Both the position numbers and the translations under genes were made by a program. A stretch of 64,000 nucleotides of DNA from Botryllus schlosseri. Taxonomy: Eukaryota. This document shows, one piece after another, positions 48,557 to 62,792 of this stretch. The stretch lies in the NCBI GenBank assembly GCA_051294905.1, contig CM119372.1, forward strand, positions 32,738,001-32,802,000, read 5' to 3'. The notes beneath the pieces were generated by a model, which ran no database searches, was not told the origin of the DNA, and saw only the letters and a list, made by a program, of their open reading frames with translations. Numbering within the stretch: the first letter of the stretch is position 1; every line of letters begins with the position of its first letter.

Positions 48557-50267
48557 GCTAATATATATTATTATCATAAAGAATGACATCGCGAAAAAGT
48601 CGTGAAAATATTGACCCTGATGTCGCATAAGAATCTCGTATGAGTGGGTATATTTCTTTCTTCGACGCACGGCAAATTATCAGCACGGTGAGTCAGTGAC
48701 TTCGGGTCGAAATAACGATACCAACACGTCATGCCACAGATTGTCGTATTGTGGAATGAAGAGTTCCTGTGGTTGAGTGGTGATTAGCATTCTAAAATCT
48801 GGGATGTTGGGTAAACACTCGCTTATCCAACACTACAGCGTATTGCCAAGGCATGAATCGATTCGAGCCATTGATTCATGTTGTGCGAGCAGTTCGAAGT
48901 TGCGAGTAAACACACTCGAGTCGGTTTCCTCGAAGACGTATTTACGCGTTAGCTTCACGACGTCATATTTGATGATGAAAGCAGCATAGTATAACGTCGC
49001 TTTGTAAAATACACATGCTCACTGATTTGTATACAGCGGGGGCCAGAAGTCACTATAATGATTCCAATTATTGCACTGGAAAACATGAGCTTTGCTTGCC
49101 GTGTGAGTAGTTGGCGGGTTGGTTATTCCACCGCCGCCATCGGTGCTGGAAACCTCGGTTGCAATACCGGCAGTGGCACGATTCGAACTATCTTAGTTGT
49201 ATCTTGGTTCCTTTCCACCACGTCGGTGTTGTTATGGCCTCTTTCCAACAAGACACGTAATGACCCGGTAAAGGAGGAATACAAGGAAAGGGAACGGAAA
49301 ATAACAAGGGAAAGCGTGTAAAGACAGATAATAATCATCAAGTATTTTATACATCGGCCATCAGAGGGATGTGGATGTCAATCTGAAAGACCGTACTTCG
49401 TCGCTTCGACTGCCTCCTCGCTGTTCATTACATCGCCTTGTGTATTGCATTGTACAATGTATGTCTTGAACGGATGAAAATTGTAGAACCGCTAATTATG
49501 ATTATTATGGTAGGATTGAAATCAACATCCAGTTACTCAGATTGACATATCATGCAGTGTCGATTACTGTTGGTATATTGTTTGTGTTGACCTACCTATC
49601 AGAAAATGACTAATGCCTATAAATTCTCGTAATTCATATTTGGAAGCATCAATCTAACCGAATTCCTATGATAGATCTACGATTGATTCTGCTGTCAAAA
49701 TTACTGAGCTGGTCACAACAGTTCAAGACCTGAGTTTAAACATGATGATGCCTTTGTAATCAAATTATGGTGTGCAAAAACAAAAGGAACCAATGTTCAT
49801 AGTATCAAAATGTTTAGGCAATATACAAATCTATTGGGGTCGATTTTAATCGAAAGCTCGAACATATTTTCGTCAGTCGCAGTCATATATGGAGAACAAC
49901 AATCATTCCAAAGTGTAGCGGTAATGGGCTACTTGCAAAGTGCTGAAGTATTGTAACATAAAGAACTGGCAATAATGTAATGTTGGCGTTTGTAGATCAA
50001 CCTAAAACCGTTCGGGTGAATCTGTTTGCAACAGCTAAAAATAAGATAGGATTCTTTTCCTTTATACCCGACTCGCACGTAATTTCTTCACTAACTAGCA
50101 GTCCGCGAGACCTGCATGATCGGGTCGAACTAAACATTTGTTTTTGATCGCCATCTCAAGTGGATAGAGTTACCGCAACAGAATAACATTGCTACTACAT
50201 AGCGGACGTGTCTTGGTACGAATTTGGGAGTAGGATTGCAACGCTCCTGCTAAGGAGTGCACGCGAA

Positions 50268-50313
50268 ATGGATCATGACTATTTTGGAAGTGTGGACTTT
50301 ATGTTTTTTGGAG
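50268..50313 (+). CDS. SLC5A5/6/8/12-like sodium:solute symporter, coding exon 1
   Basis: MDHDYFGSVDFMFFG; phase-1 donor matches the next acceptor (68-nt intron). Confidence 0.72.
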
Positions 50314-50381
50314 GTGCGAATGTATAAGATTTGAGCGCGATCATTCCGAATACCATTTCATTTCACGCTGAACATATTTAG

Positions 50382-50485
50382 GGTTGTTGCTCCTGTCGTC
50401 CCTAATCGGTATATTCTCGGCGTGCCAAGGGAAAAATGAACAGACCACGGAGAATTATTACTTTGGAAACAGGAGAATGTCTCCG
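50382..50485 (+). CDS. SLC5A-like symporter, exon 2
   Basis: LLLLSSLIGIF...QTTENYYFGNRRMSP; GTAAGT donor. Confidence 0.85.
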
Positions 50486-52096
50486 GTAAGTAGGGGGTTT
50501 CGGTTTAGATGCTTTCAACCTTTGCCAGTTGAAGTCTAGAATATGCGTAACTAAATTGAAACAATATAGCCTATATTAGCACTTGCTCTTGCCACACAAT
50601 CAGCAATATCAGCAGCTGTACACGAAAAGAGTGTGGCAAAGGGATAAATCTTGACAAAACAACGAATGTCATACTTGGGCAATGATATTGTCACCAAATA
50701 TCACCCAGAAACTTTTCTGTGAAAATTCACGATGAAGAGGTAACTCATTGTCATACTTCGATAACTATTCCGACCATTGTAGTGTTCCAACGATGGCGTT
50801 GACGTTCAAGTTGCGAAGGTATTGACTGTTCATATCCTTCCTGGAGTTCGGGAACATCATGCATGTCACTTTATTTCGTTTGTTGCTTCTTAAGACGTGA
50901 CACGATCCAACTCAATTGTGGAAAGTTTGCGACTGCAAATTCAAATTCCTGCTGCGCCGCTGTGAGCCTATTTGCACGCATAATTGTTCGTAGTCTTCTT
51001 ACTCTACACCGGGATAATTTATTACCGCGTACTTCCCGAAGAGCCGTGACGCCAACAAATATAGTGAGGTTATGCATCAATGTTAATAACGATATGCCCG
51101 TCTGCCAAGGGGCAAATAGGCCTATGCGGTTTATCAAGTGTACTTAAATTGGCACATATCATAATAATAAATAAACAGTGAATATATTCTAATTAATGAT
51201 ATCTTCATCTGTGATCCATAAACAGCATTGATATGTAAAGCGTGATAATATTGGATGAATGACGTAGATATAAATGAGTCACAAGCAGTGTCGAAATTAT
51301 CACACACATAGGCTACATGCAGCATTGCCATTTTCCCGGTAGCACAGCCTAAGCGGCTACATTGTTAATTGAGAAATATCAAGTGAGACTTGGTTTCGAT
51401 GCTGAAGATTGCAAACTGCAATTAGCATAATGTTTTGACAAATTTTCGGCGATAGCATTGCCACTTTACGTGGGTGGTTGATGAGCATATAGCCGTGTTA
51501 GTCACTTGAGCCTACGGCAAATTCAATATTGTGGTTGGTTGGATGCTGTTTCTCAAGTGTTACAACACTGTTGTTTACACGTCATGGCACGGAGTAACAT
51601 TCGAAGTACACAAATGTACAGTCAAATTAATTGTAAATTTTTCATTGCGACGATTATACCGACGGCGCGATATTTTGCAGTTACTAATGCGGACTGGGTA
51701 AAAAGAGTCTAAAATAAGCCTACGCTTAACTACATATTCTCATAAAATAGAATTATAGTCATGTCAGAAAGTATGATATGCGCAATCACGCTATTTCGTC
51801 ATTTTATTTTAAACAAATGCAAATGCTTGATCAGCAATATTATGTGTGCTTCCACTACGCCGATCCTTGAACGAGTTGAAAGAATATGAATGAAAAGTCA
51901 TCGTCAAAACGTGGCACAATATGAGATTGTATCAAAGTTTTCTTTGTAGAACCACTCCGAATATGAATAGTTCCACGCGTACGCAGTAGCGTGCAGGGTT
52001 CTGTTGACAGCGAACGTCGATGAACTCAACCGTGCACCCGTGATCTCCCTAATCCAATTAAGATATTACAATATTGTTATTTTTCCACCGCCACAG

Positions 52097-52285
52097 ATAC
52101 CGGTCGGTTTATCCCTTGGCGTTTCATTCATATCGGCCGTTACTGTGATCGGCGGTCCCGTGGAGTCGTATCTGTTCGGCGCCGTACTCTCGTGGATGTC
52201 TGTCGGGTTTGCCATTGGACTGGCGTTTACATCGGTTTATTTCGTGCCCCTCGTCTACAGACTAAACATATCCAGCATATATGAG
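52097..52285 (+). CDS. SLC5A-like symporter, exon 3
   Basis: IPVGLSLGVSFISAVTVIGGPVESYLFG...PLVYRLNISSIYE; AG/GT boundaries in phase 0. Confidence 0.92.
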
Positions 52286-54053
52286 GTAAAGATATATAAA
52301 AATATGGTAGGAATATTAAGTCTACCACATATAGGGTTGCGAGTCTCATTCGTTATTGGGTATCTGCGGTTGACCGACATTTGAGCATGCGACAGGATGA
52401 AACACAACAGTGGGACATGCGACATTTGAGCATGTTACTTCAAACCTAAAAATAACCATACCACAGCTAAAACCCACGATTTAATCGTTATACTAACCGT
52501 ATAACACATACCGTAACCCTAATCTAACCCTAAATCTAACCGCCACCCTAGTGTGATCCCAGTTGTAACCCCCATGTTCAAGTGTCTCAAGCCGGAATAT
52601 CGTATGCTGAAGTGTAGCAAGTTATATTGAGTCGCATGGTGACGGTCATGTGTCCAGGGGCCGGTATCAGCAACACGAACCACTAATTTGAAATTGATTC
52701 ATATCACTTTAGATGTCACCTGATTCGAATCACGTGTCTCAAATCGAATCAAGCCTTTCAAATAACGAATCACACGATTCTACGAAGGAACAGCGAAATC
52801 GAGAATGTAGAACGCACGGATCACATATATATGATATAATTTGCGAGCAAGAATAACAAAGTTACGAGTTGCTACAAAGTGTACCTGTGATATGGAATCA
52901 TCAGATATGTTTTGTGACTCCATATCAACTGATTAAATTTTGTGTCGTGCAAAAGAACTGATCTATTCACATACAATAATTGAACCATTCCTTCATTTGT
53001 TTGTTTTCATTTTCACGGCGTTTCTAGACGCATAATCCAAAGCCCTCGCGCTTGTTGCTACTTCGTGAATCGTTAGCTTTTCACCAGCAAATCAACGTAT
53101 CATGTGTGCTCGATATATTAGTGATTTCGTCAATTCCCAGCACAGGCCACACTTGATACCTGTCTCGGGTCCCGCAGTAGTACAAAATTATGATCGTTAA
53201 GAGATATAGATCGGAATCAAAATTGCATTTATAGACTAATTCTTCTCTAAAACAACAACAACAAAGGCTACGACATACATGCCTTGCGGTGTGAGAAATT
53301 CCATTTAATTAATACGTAACAGCTGCTTAACATTTATTCGCTTGAGCGATTTATAATTATATACCTCAAATCCCATTGTACACAAACTTGACAGTTATCG
53401 CTGTCCAACACTTTAACGTCAACCAGTAATTTGGGAAACCGCATCGCAGATGCCTGGTTACATTATTTACATTCTTTATCGGGTATGTGTTCTTATTAGG
53501 GTGATGCATGCGAAGTTGAATCCAACATGCCCAATTGTGCAATGTTGTTAGGGCAATTCTTTCTGATAGAAAAATAAAACAATGTCAAAACTCATTAAGC
53601 TGACAATTTTTAGGCATCGCTGCTACGCATTTTCATTTCTTCACACTTCGTGGGTTTGCGACATGATATTCTAAGCAAATAACATACCACCGTGATAAAT
53701 CATGACTGATCTCAAAACACTAGTCACTGGCCCAGAATCCGTTACGAATTCAATTATACTTATTGATATTGTTGTTGTCTCGAAACGATTTTTGCTGATA
53801 ACTATTATAATTGATATTCCACTGTATATAGTTAGTGTGCGATTCATGAGCATGTGAGATATATCAAATGCGATCCGAATGACTGAGCCTAATTGGCATT
53901 GGTATATCTCTCCTGTCATACGTTTGTATCGAACGATATAATATCCATTACCTGTCCAGTGTCCACCCATGATTGGACCATCAAATTTGTAAGAATTGAA
54001 GGATTCTAAGGTCCACGCCACCTTGCGTCACAGTATGACGATATGTTTTGCAG

Positions 54054-54119
54054 TATCTCGAGATGCGATTCGACAGAAGAGTTCGCGTGTTTTGTTCGTC
54101 CTTGACAGTTTTACAAATG
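54054..54119 (+). CDS. SLC5A-like symporter, exon 4
   Basis: YLEMRFDRRVR signature; TTTTGCAG acceptor and GT donor. Confidence 0.9.
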
Positions 54120-55041
54120 GTGGGTGATAAACATTTTCGTGACCTTTCGCTCACTATACTTAAAGGGAGTTTAATGATTTCATATCGTCAGATTTAACGC
54201 TTGCCTCACTAGCATCGATCACTTGTCAGCATCAGCCAGAATTTCTTAATGATTCACGTTTAATCGGCTATGTTTGTCAGCTTTTAGGTCTTTTTGAGTT
54301 ACTATGTTACGGATATCTTGTGTGCGTCCAACTAAATATGGTAGAACGAATCGGGGACCTTAATTCTCATATTGACGATATTACGGCTCATTGACGGGGA
54401 TTAACCGATGATCGAGAACTGCTGTCACATACAGTTCATCTAACTGTCAGTGCGAACTGCACGCGTGTATCGCAGCTTACAATAGATATGTTATGAAATT
54501 AAAATGGTTTGTGATGAAAATAGTTGGCGAGTATCTTTGACAAAATCTCATCACTAATTAGTGTATTTTCGGTCTCACGGACATAGATGTGCTGATTTCA
54601 TGAATTAAAAGGTGATATCCACAAATTTGCATAGCGACGTAGGGTAGTTGTAGGATCCACAGCTGCATCACCAATAGGTTACGGGGCGACTCAAGAATCC
54701 CTTCTCAAGTATCGTGGGCTCATCTAGGATCCTCCTTATCCCCGTAAGCGGTGTTGCAAAGAAGATTACAGTTGGGCCGTGCTACAAGTCGGTAATCATA
54801 ATAAAGAATACAGGACTGGTGTAAATGACCATTTTAGTCGAAAGACACCAGGAATACCACAGAACAACAACGCGGGTATTCCATCTCAATCGACATTTTG
54901 AGTTCGTATTTCAACAACTGAAAGTTCAAATATTTATGTGCCACTTGCCAAAGCCCCTTTACGAATCCACGCGTAACCCCAATGACTCGAAAGCGCCAAT
55001 ACCGCGGAATAGTTTGGTAGGTATTTACTCCATATAGCGCA

Positions 55042-55397
55042 CAGGGTTACTATATTTTGAGATCCGGAAAGAAGGACATTTTTAAAAATCATAAAATTTA
55101 TATAAATCAGACGAGAAAAAAGGTAATTTGCAAATCGTTACAAAATATATTTTATTAAAAAAGTCATTTTTCAACACGACTTCCGGAAGTTCCGCTCTTA
55201 CGTAATATTGTTGTGTTGGCTATAAAAAAGGTCCTTTTCTCACCTCGACTCCCGATAAACTCGCTAAAACGTCCACATTACAGATTTCGTGTCATATATG
55301 GCGTATTTGAATTGTGCCTTTACGATCGACTGGCTGACAAAGCTATGACGGAGGGCGAATTGCCAAAAAGGAGGTCATTTGGGCGTATGGTAACCCA
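55042..55397. mobile_element. Family E MITE, inverted decayed copy
   Basis: Ends CAGGGTTACTATA / TATGGTAACCCA; AGGAC motifs. Confidence 0.6.
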
Positions 55398-55504
55398 AAT
55401 AGCAGATGTAGTGTTTAATTCGTCCGTCTCGGTTTTCCATAGTTCTATATTGAATCTAAATGTCTCTGGTTCACAATTTGACACATGCCCGACTGCTTTC
55501 CCAG

Positions 55505-55624
55505 GTATTTTATATGGGAGTCTGCATATACGTTCCAGCATTGGCACTGAGCGCCGTCACACCCCTCGAGATGAAATGGACGATCATTCTCACAAGTTTA
55601 GTGTGCACCTTTTACACCAGTTTG
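55505..55624 (+). CDS. SLC5A-like symporter, exon 5
   Basis: VFYMGVCIYVPALALSAVT...VCTFYTSL; GTGAGT donor. Confidence 0.92.
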
Positions 55625-57094
55625 GTGAGTCAAAGCCTATACCATTCGCCGATTACGCGGTAAGCGTTACCACCATTACATAGATATATGAGTGAACCGC
55701 GAAGTTGCGTCATAGTTACGTACCGATCCTATGATTGGTGTGTGTGGGGTTGGCAAATGAGCAGACAGGGCTATATGTATTTACTATGGACTTGAATGTG
55801 ACACAATCGGTTTGAAATATTTCGATTGATAATTCTGGCAGGAGGTGGTGGTCACTCAGTACTTTTACCTTTTCGGAATACTCATGTATAGGTTCACGAC
55901 TTACTCAAATGGTAATAGAACTAGAGCTATAAACTTATTTATTACGTACTTTGAAATCGCTACTTCTATAATTACACTTCAGTATAAATTTATGACACTA
56001 CTTTACTTATACTCTGGAGTACCGAGGCTGACTTCTTCGGCCTCTTCCGTGTGAATGAAATCCACCTAAACCTAAGAGCCTTGCTAAAGGGGTTATGTAA
56101 AAATGCTTACACTTCTACCGCACAATTTTTAGGACAAAACTATTTACTGTGTGGATCCTTCAATTTTATAAGGTAGAAAGTAGGTTTGAGTAGGGGAGAG
56201 AGAGAGGGGGGTAGGGAACCACAGTACACAAATAAGCCCTAAATGAAACACACAGGATGGACAGTGCTGGCTTTTGGGGTGGGTGACGTGTGCGGTCGGC
56301 CGCCCAGGCCCCTGGTTGAACGGCCCCTCTTAGATATTAACGCTTTTTTCAATGGTTATAGTGAATAGACGTAAAAATCCGTGTACCAATCCAGAAGATG
56401 ATTCCATTTAGATGGGTCAATCATCAAATCTCTGCATTGGTTAGAAAAGTACCATATTCATCATGCCGTAGAGCAGTGGTTCCCAACCTGTGGTACGCGT
56501 ACCACTAGTGGTACGCAAAGGTCTTTCAGGTGGTACGCGAGTAGATTCTGATTTTTTCGACCGAAGTGAGTTATTAGTTCAGGTGAGGTTGATTTCAAGT
56601 TTTTTGAATCCGTTGTCTCACGCTATTCCCCAGCTGCTAATTTTCCCTTATACGTGGGAATGCGAGCAAGGATTTTCATCCCTGATGACTATCAAGTCGA
56701 AGAAACGAAAGCGACTTGTTGCGCCCATTCATGACTTTCGATGCGCTGTAAGCAAACGTATGCCACGCATCGACAAGCTAGTGGAAAATAAACACAAGCA
56801 GCCACCGCATTAAATAAATTGACTTTTGTTGTGTGTTTTTATTTCATTATGTTGTTCTTCTTGTGACTGGTGGTGAAAACATCAATTCCATACATCCCAT
56901 CAACCCTGGCTGATAATGCCTAGTTCAGGGGTGTCAAACTCAAATTGCATTGCATCGCGGGCCGGATCGAACACCAGCAATGAAATTGGCGAAAATACGA
57001 TGTATGTCCGGTTGAATACAGTTAAGAACCGCTAAAACAATGGCATTGCCGGCGATACAAGTAGACATATTTCAGTGTTCCCTTTGCTTTAGTC

Positions 57095-57600
57095 CAGGGG
57101 TGGTCAACCTGCGGCCGTAAGAGGGAATTTGTACGGCCGTAGACACGCAATTCAATTGGTATGTGTTGGCGGCCGTCGACATGCAATTCGAATCTACGAA
57201 TTGACTCCCGATTTCTTGAAAGATTTTAATTAATCTTGGAATTTTCTTCGCGCTGCGCGCGATTCAATGCAACTACATTTTTCGATTTTAATATAGTAGC
57301 ACCCTTTGTTACTAATATCAATGACGAAATTCACTGGTGAATCTAAATTTTTCTCGCGCTTCGCGCGACTATGAGCACCTCCTTCCTTAACATTACCAGT
57401 GACCACTCGCGATTTTAGTGCGCACAGCAAGCCTATCATTAAATAGATTAGTCCGGAGTTCACTAGAAATGGACATAGACACTTTAACTTGGGTATTTGG
57501 CGTCCAGCTCGTTCAGTACGAATATGCCCTGGAATGCAGCCGTAAGCTACACTAGTAATCGAAATGTGGCCGTGAATGGCAAAAAGGTTGGCCACCCCTG
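57095..57600. mobile_element. hAT MITE nested in 56926-57848
   Basis: TIRs CAGGGGTGGTCAACCT / AGGTTGGCCACCCCTG; TSD CTTTAGTC / CGTTAGTC; homologous to about 44226-44520. Confidence 0.85.
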
Positions 57601-57647
57601 CGTTAGTCATAATCTGGCGTTAGCCCTGCGTATGCGTTGTGATGAAT

Positions 57648-57676
57648 CAGGGATTTCTAGATTCTAGGTATCCCTG
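57648..57676. mobile_element. 29-bp palindromic micro-insertion with 8-bp TSD, second copy
   Basis: CAGGGATTTCTAGA-T-TCTAGGTATCCCTG flanked by TGATGAAT on both sides. Confidence 0.8.
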
Positions 57677-60271
57677 TGATGAATACAAGATATTTAACAG
57701 TCAACGCGGACGTTGTAATTTGGTTTATTACTGTGGATGTGATGGTTAATATAATCTTTTTTCAATGTACTCAGAATTGCTATGCAGGCCGGATAAAATC
57801 GTCTGGCGGGCCGGATCCGGCCCATTGGCCCTATGTTTGACAATTCTGGCCTAGTTTAATAAAATACACCTCTCGTAGCTCAAATACGGGAGGAGTATGA
57901 CGTCATAAATTGTGGAAACGCGCGTAACTTATATAGGTAATACGCGAGCACTGCCTAAAACCTCAAAATGGTACGTGGGTGGAGAAAGGTTGGGAACCAC
58001 TGCCGTAGAGGTACTGAGTTTAAATGCAGTCTATCCTTGTAACAATACAATGATAGATATGACCTAATCCAGCGCCTGGCTCAAACTTTGACGTGGTGTG
58101 CTGGCTTATTACTAATATCAAGCAGTAACTTTCCAGTTAGTGTGGTATATTCAGCCTGCAGCAGTTGTGTCCCTATTCTATTTCGGTCTGCTTCAAAGCT
58201 ATGTGTTAAAGTGTCATATACATATCACGTAATACCGTTCCATATGGCGCACTAATATTGAATTGGTATGCGAAAGGGGGGTCTGGGTGACGGAGACCCC
58301 CAGAAGCTGTGATTACATGCTTATAGGGGCTTCCGGAAGTCTCGCACAGAGCCCCCTAATCGTAGGGCCACCCCTGAGGATAAAAGAACAATTGTCTTCA
58401 CCAGATTCTCGATATAGTGCTTTACTACCAGGTTATGTGTATTTTGGTCAAATGGTTGAAATGTATTCAATAAATGCCAACGTTGATTTTACATGTACGG
58501 GATGAGCCACGTACAAACCTATATACTGCGAGACTACAACAGTAATAATTCGAAAGCCTCTATTGCTGGATTATCAGGAATGTTGCCATTATCATACCCC
58601 CACCCTCCGTTTTCGCTGACATTGCTAGCGAGTTATTACGTAACTTCTAGAAATCGCGGGCGACTTTCAGCCTTAGAGGTTGTCACGGTTGGCATGCGGT
58701 ATTTGTAGGTGGCCGGATAACACGGATTACTTCCGTCATTAGTGCTAAACCTCTTGTGGTTGGCGAAGATGAAATTGTAAACTAACTCTGCTATCCCATA
58801 ACAAGAGCGGTTATTGTAGGCTAAAAACAATTCAATCCCGTAACCTACGTCACACATACAGCACTGCGTAATGCAATGCGATAAGTAGTGTTTTCAAGCA
58901 TACATAAAATATGAGCTTTCACACTTGTAGAAGAGAGGAAGGCGTATTTGGCATTGATTACCGTGATTCCAAGAGCAGGAAGCATTGCGTTTAAGGATTG
59001 GCAACGTTAAATCACAGCCGATAAGAATCGAGTTCGAATAATCATGCCTTAATTGGATCATCAGATTCGGTTTGAATTAACTGACTCAAATCGGATATGA
59101 TTCGAATTTATTGTGATTCGTACTGAGTATTGACCATGCTTAACTGTGTTAATCTTCGCGTCGAGCTGGATAAAATAATTAGTGGTGACATCTTTATTTC
59201 CACTACTGTGTGAGTCAATGCGCGATTTTATCTATATGTTCCTATTATCTTTCATTATATTTATTCGACCGATGTGGATTTCCATTCATACTGCATTTGG
59301 CATGGTAGGATACGTTGGATAACTAATAAACTAAAAACGACTGCAATGCTAACTATTTTCGTCAGATGTGGAAGATCAAGTATAAAAATATCCCCAGCTG
59401 ATCTTGCAACATCTCGGTCACAACGTCTCTTTGTTCGAAATCGCGCATGGTTCATGGAAATAATTTTTACAGCGTGACCCACAGAATTTCTGGGTAATCC
59501 CGACCGAATCCTTTCTCTTGCTGGTAACTGTTTACTACATAGTAGGCGAGCGTGAAATCAGCAAGGTTTCAAATTGCCCATTTGTTGAGTACTAAAATTC
59601 CGCCCACCTAGGCGGTAAATTGTTATAAATGGGTTAGTTTGCATCACAAGTACTTATCGACAATCTTGACCAAAACAATGGTTAAGAAAATGCGTGAAAT
59701 TGAAACTATGCCAACTTGAGAAATCATGTATCGGAAGTTTCACATTATTACTGTCATTGATCGCTTATTATACGTATTTCAAGACACCGCATCACAAGCA
59801 GGTAGTTTACGGACATCGTTACATTGTCATGACACATCTTATAGTGTTATACCAAAGAATAAGAATGCACTCTACTCTATATCCAACTGGCTAATTAAAG
59901 CACGGCGTCATCTCACCGTGGAGCAGATAGTAGCACCAAAACGTATTGAAAATGATAGTCCGATCTGACTCTCATCACAGCATTCGCTGAGAAATATCTA
60001 ATCTTCAATCGCACCGATTGCTTGATATAACGAAAAATTGTGCGATTAATGTCGCGGTTACTCAACACCACTGACTTGAAGTAAACAAAGCAAGACTTCT
60101 TAATGAATTAATGAATAGCCGATGTACTTATGATTTCTTTTTTCGGCAGGTCGAAATTATTCAAATCCTACGCCTATATTTTATCTTTCGGGACATGTTA
60201 TGTATAACATAGGTCTATATAACATCGTCCTGTTTACCAGTAACGCTATCAATATTTAAAATTTATTTCAG

Positions 60272-60426
60272 GGAGGCTTCAAAGCCGTTGTTTGGACGGA
60301 CTCGTTGCAAGCGGCTATTATGTTTATCGGCTCCCTAGCACTGTGCATTCAAGGAACGATTTTGGTTGGCGGGTCATCGAAGGTTTGGAACGCTGCGATT
60401 CGCGGTGGAAGACTGAACGTATTCAA
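60272..60426 (+). CDS. SLC5A-like symporter, exon 6
   Basis: GGFKAVVWTDSLQ SSS-family signature; phase 0 to phase 2. Confidence 0.93.
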
Positions 60427-62137
60427 GTAGTGTATTTCTCCTTATTTTATTTACCTTTCTGGCGTACTTCGTACGTGATCTTACTTTCGCTACTTACTCA
60501 AATAGTTATGCTAGTGGACTACTTCCAATTCTTCTTCATTTCTTGCCATAATTTCTTTGATTCCGAATAGTAGAAATCAGTTTCGGGATAAATTTCCAAA
60601 ACTGCATGGAAAATCCCGTTAATCCCGTTAATACATTTTCGAAGACTGTCAGTGTCAGTAGTGTCAGTCACGGTGAAGCTCGTAATTTCGCATGAAACCA
60701 TATGCGATTAGGGACTATATGGCATTGCTTGATTAATTCTATTTTTGAAATTATTCACTTGACTACTTTTCAAGCATTTCCAAGTGCTCTTTGGATTCTA
60801 TTTTGCCTCGGACCAGAAATGAAGTTGATACCCGGGTCTGAATGTGATTTGGTCAAATGTCACACGTGAAGCCACGTGTGAAAAGTAAAATTCGTCGAAC
60901 CCAAATCCTTGCGAAAAGTTCAATACATAATTCTTACTCATGTTACATCCACAGCGACCGCATAGCTCACCGGTTTAACCTGCTTTCTGGTAAACCAGAA
61001 TTTTCGGTTTAGATTCCTGTTGACTATCTCTCAGGAATCTAGCCTTTACAGGTCCCGATCATGAATAGATGGATATGGTTGCGACAGGAAGGCCTACTGG
61101 AATAAACTTTCACCAGTGATATGAATGATCGAGCACTGATCCACTGTGGTAACAAAACTCATTCCGATGCTCTTGTACAAATATTTAGCCCACAACACGT
61201 ATCAGCAATGATCATGGATTTAGAGTTGTGTCTCAGAAACAGATTGAAGATTGTGGGTTTGAGTGGACAGGATTTTCATTTCATAGTTTTATTTTCCACT
61301 GGATTTTGACTTGGATATGGACTTATTCATTTTTAATTTCTATTCGGCCTATGAAATCTTCTAGTAGAGCGCGCGTGTACGACTGGCTTTATAGCATGCG
61401 GGGTCGAAAATGGCGAAAATGAAACATTTATCTAACAGTGGCAGCCAACCCGTGGCCAACAAGAAGGTTTTGAGTTGAGCTAATTCTCGAAATAGTTATA
61501 ATATCAACAACTTAAAATTACCCAGGTGAACTTGCAAGAACAACCAAAATTTGATTCACCTGACCGCGAACTTTAGGATGTTGATGTGTAAAACATCAAT
61601 TCCGACTTATTGGCGTAGCCAGGGGCCATCCATATTTTCGTAGATCTTCCTATATGACAATAAAATAGAATATTTCGTGGCAGATTTATGTGACTCGATA
61701 TTTTCTTAGCACTTCGTGCGATTTATTGTCACTCGATTTCTTACTTTTAGTATTGGTGGCTCCTCCTGAAAACTCAAAATTATAAATACGCCTAATTTGC
61801 GGAATTGAGTCTAACTATATTCGCAATTATTAGAGAACGTGTACTCCAACATGCGTCTGCACTCACAGAAAGACCGTCGGCGATGTAACCTTAGCACTGA
61901 GTGATAGACGCATGTTCAATGACCCACAAGACATGCAACTGACAGTATTATTGACCGAATTCATTCATTAGCTTTGATAAAAAGTTGGCCACCCCTGACT
62001 AACAATTGTCTCACACCATTGGACATGCCCTTCCTTAAATGAGTTGTTCGTATAGCTAGTCTCGAGCGTCAGTTACCGTTTCGACACTCCCTAAAAGGTA
62101 TATTCATTATCTTCATGCGCAACTGAACTGATATTAT

Positions 62138-62585
62138 TTGGGTTGCATTTAAAACAAACGGTGTTTTAAAACAATTTGTTTAAAACATGTTTTAAACACT
62201 GTTTTAAACAAAGGCCTTTTTTTAAACGAAATTGTGTTTTTTAATTTGTAAAATTATGCCATAATTGTGCAAATACTTCCCAAAAAACATGTTGTATGAG
62301 CTACGGACACTTACCACCCGATTTAGCCAACGTATATCGATATGGGATGGTAGGAATCCTCAAAATAGTTGGTTCAACAGTTATAGTACAGATATTTCGT
62401 CAAAGGAGCTATATTTACCCTATATTTTCAATTGTCAATGTCAAATCATTATGATGTCACAATTAAATATTCGCGAGGTCATGGCTTAATATTAAAAAAA
62501 CGATAAAAAATAGGTTTTAGATAGGGCCTTGTTTTAAACATGTTTGTTTTAAAGTGATTTTTGTTTTGAATGCAACCCCACCCTA
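62138..62585. mobile_element. MITE with AAAAC/GTTTT arrays
   Basis: Inverted GGGTTGCATT / AATGCAACCC; flanks GATATTAT / AATATTAT. Confidence 0.6.
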
Positions 62586-62651
62586 AATATTATGATATTT
62601 TGCTCGATATGAAATCGCTGACGAGACAAGAAATCGCTGTTGTATTTTCAG

Positions 62652-62792
62652 AGTTTCGTTTGATCCAACCGTCCGAATATCAATTCTACACTGTATCATT
62701 GGTCAGAGCGTCATGACCATGGCCCTAACGTGCAGCAACCAAGCGATGGTGCAGCGAATCATGTCGTGTCGATCTCAAACGATAGCAAGAAG
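62652..62792 (+). CDS. SLC5A-like symporter, exon 7
   Basis: SFDPTVR...SNQAMVQRIMSCRS signature; phase 2 at both ends. Confidence 0.92.

Larger units (their letters stand above)
56926..57848. mobile_element. hAT MITE nested in 56474-58002
   Basis: TIRs CAGGGGTGTCAAAC / GTTTGACAATTCTG; perfect TSD GCCTAGTT; same end family as 37016-38631. Confidence 0.85.
56474..58002 (+). mobile_element. Charlie/Buster-type hAT element with transposase C-terminal remnant
   Basis: TIRs CAGTGGTTCCCAACCT / AGGTTGGGAACCACTG; perfect TSD CCGTAGAG; FPYTWECEQGFSSLMTIKSKKRKRL is a hAT dimerisation-domain motif. Confidence 0.92.

Noticed and set aside
46762..49430. Possible decayed type II membrane protein gene on the minus strand
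   Set aside because: Coding-like stretches and one hydrophobic segment, but multiple stops, no recognisable motif and no consistent splice model; needs a translated search.
52490..52560. TAACCC-like units suggesting telomeric repeats
   Set aside because: Short, degenerate and embedded in a dispersed repeat also seen near 29520-29710.
61010..61041. Inverted repeat TAGATTCCTG...CAGGAATCTA
   Set aside because: No TSD and no second copy; not a member of the micro-insertion family.
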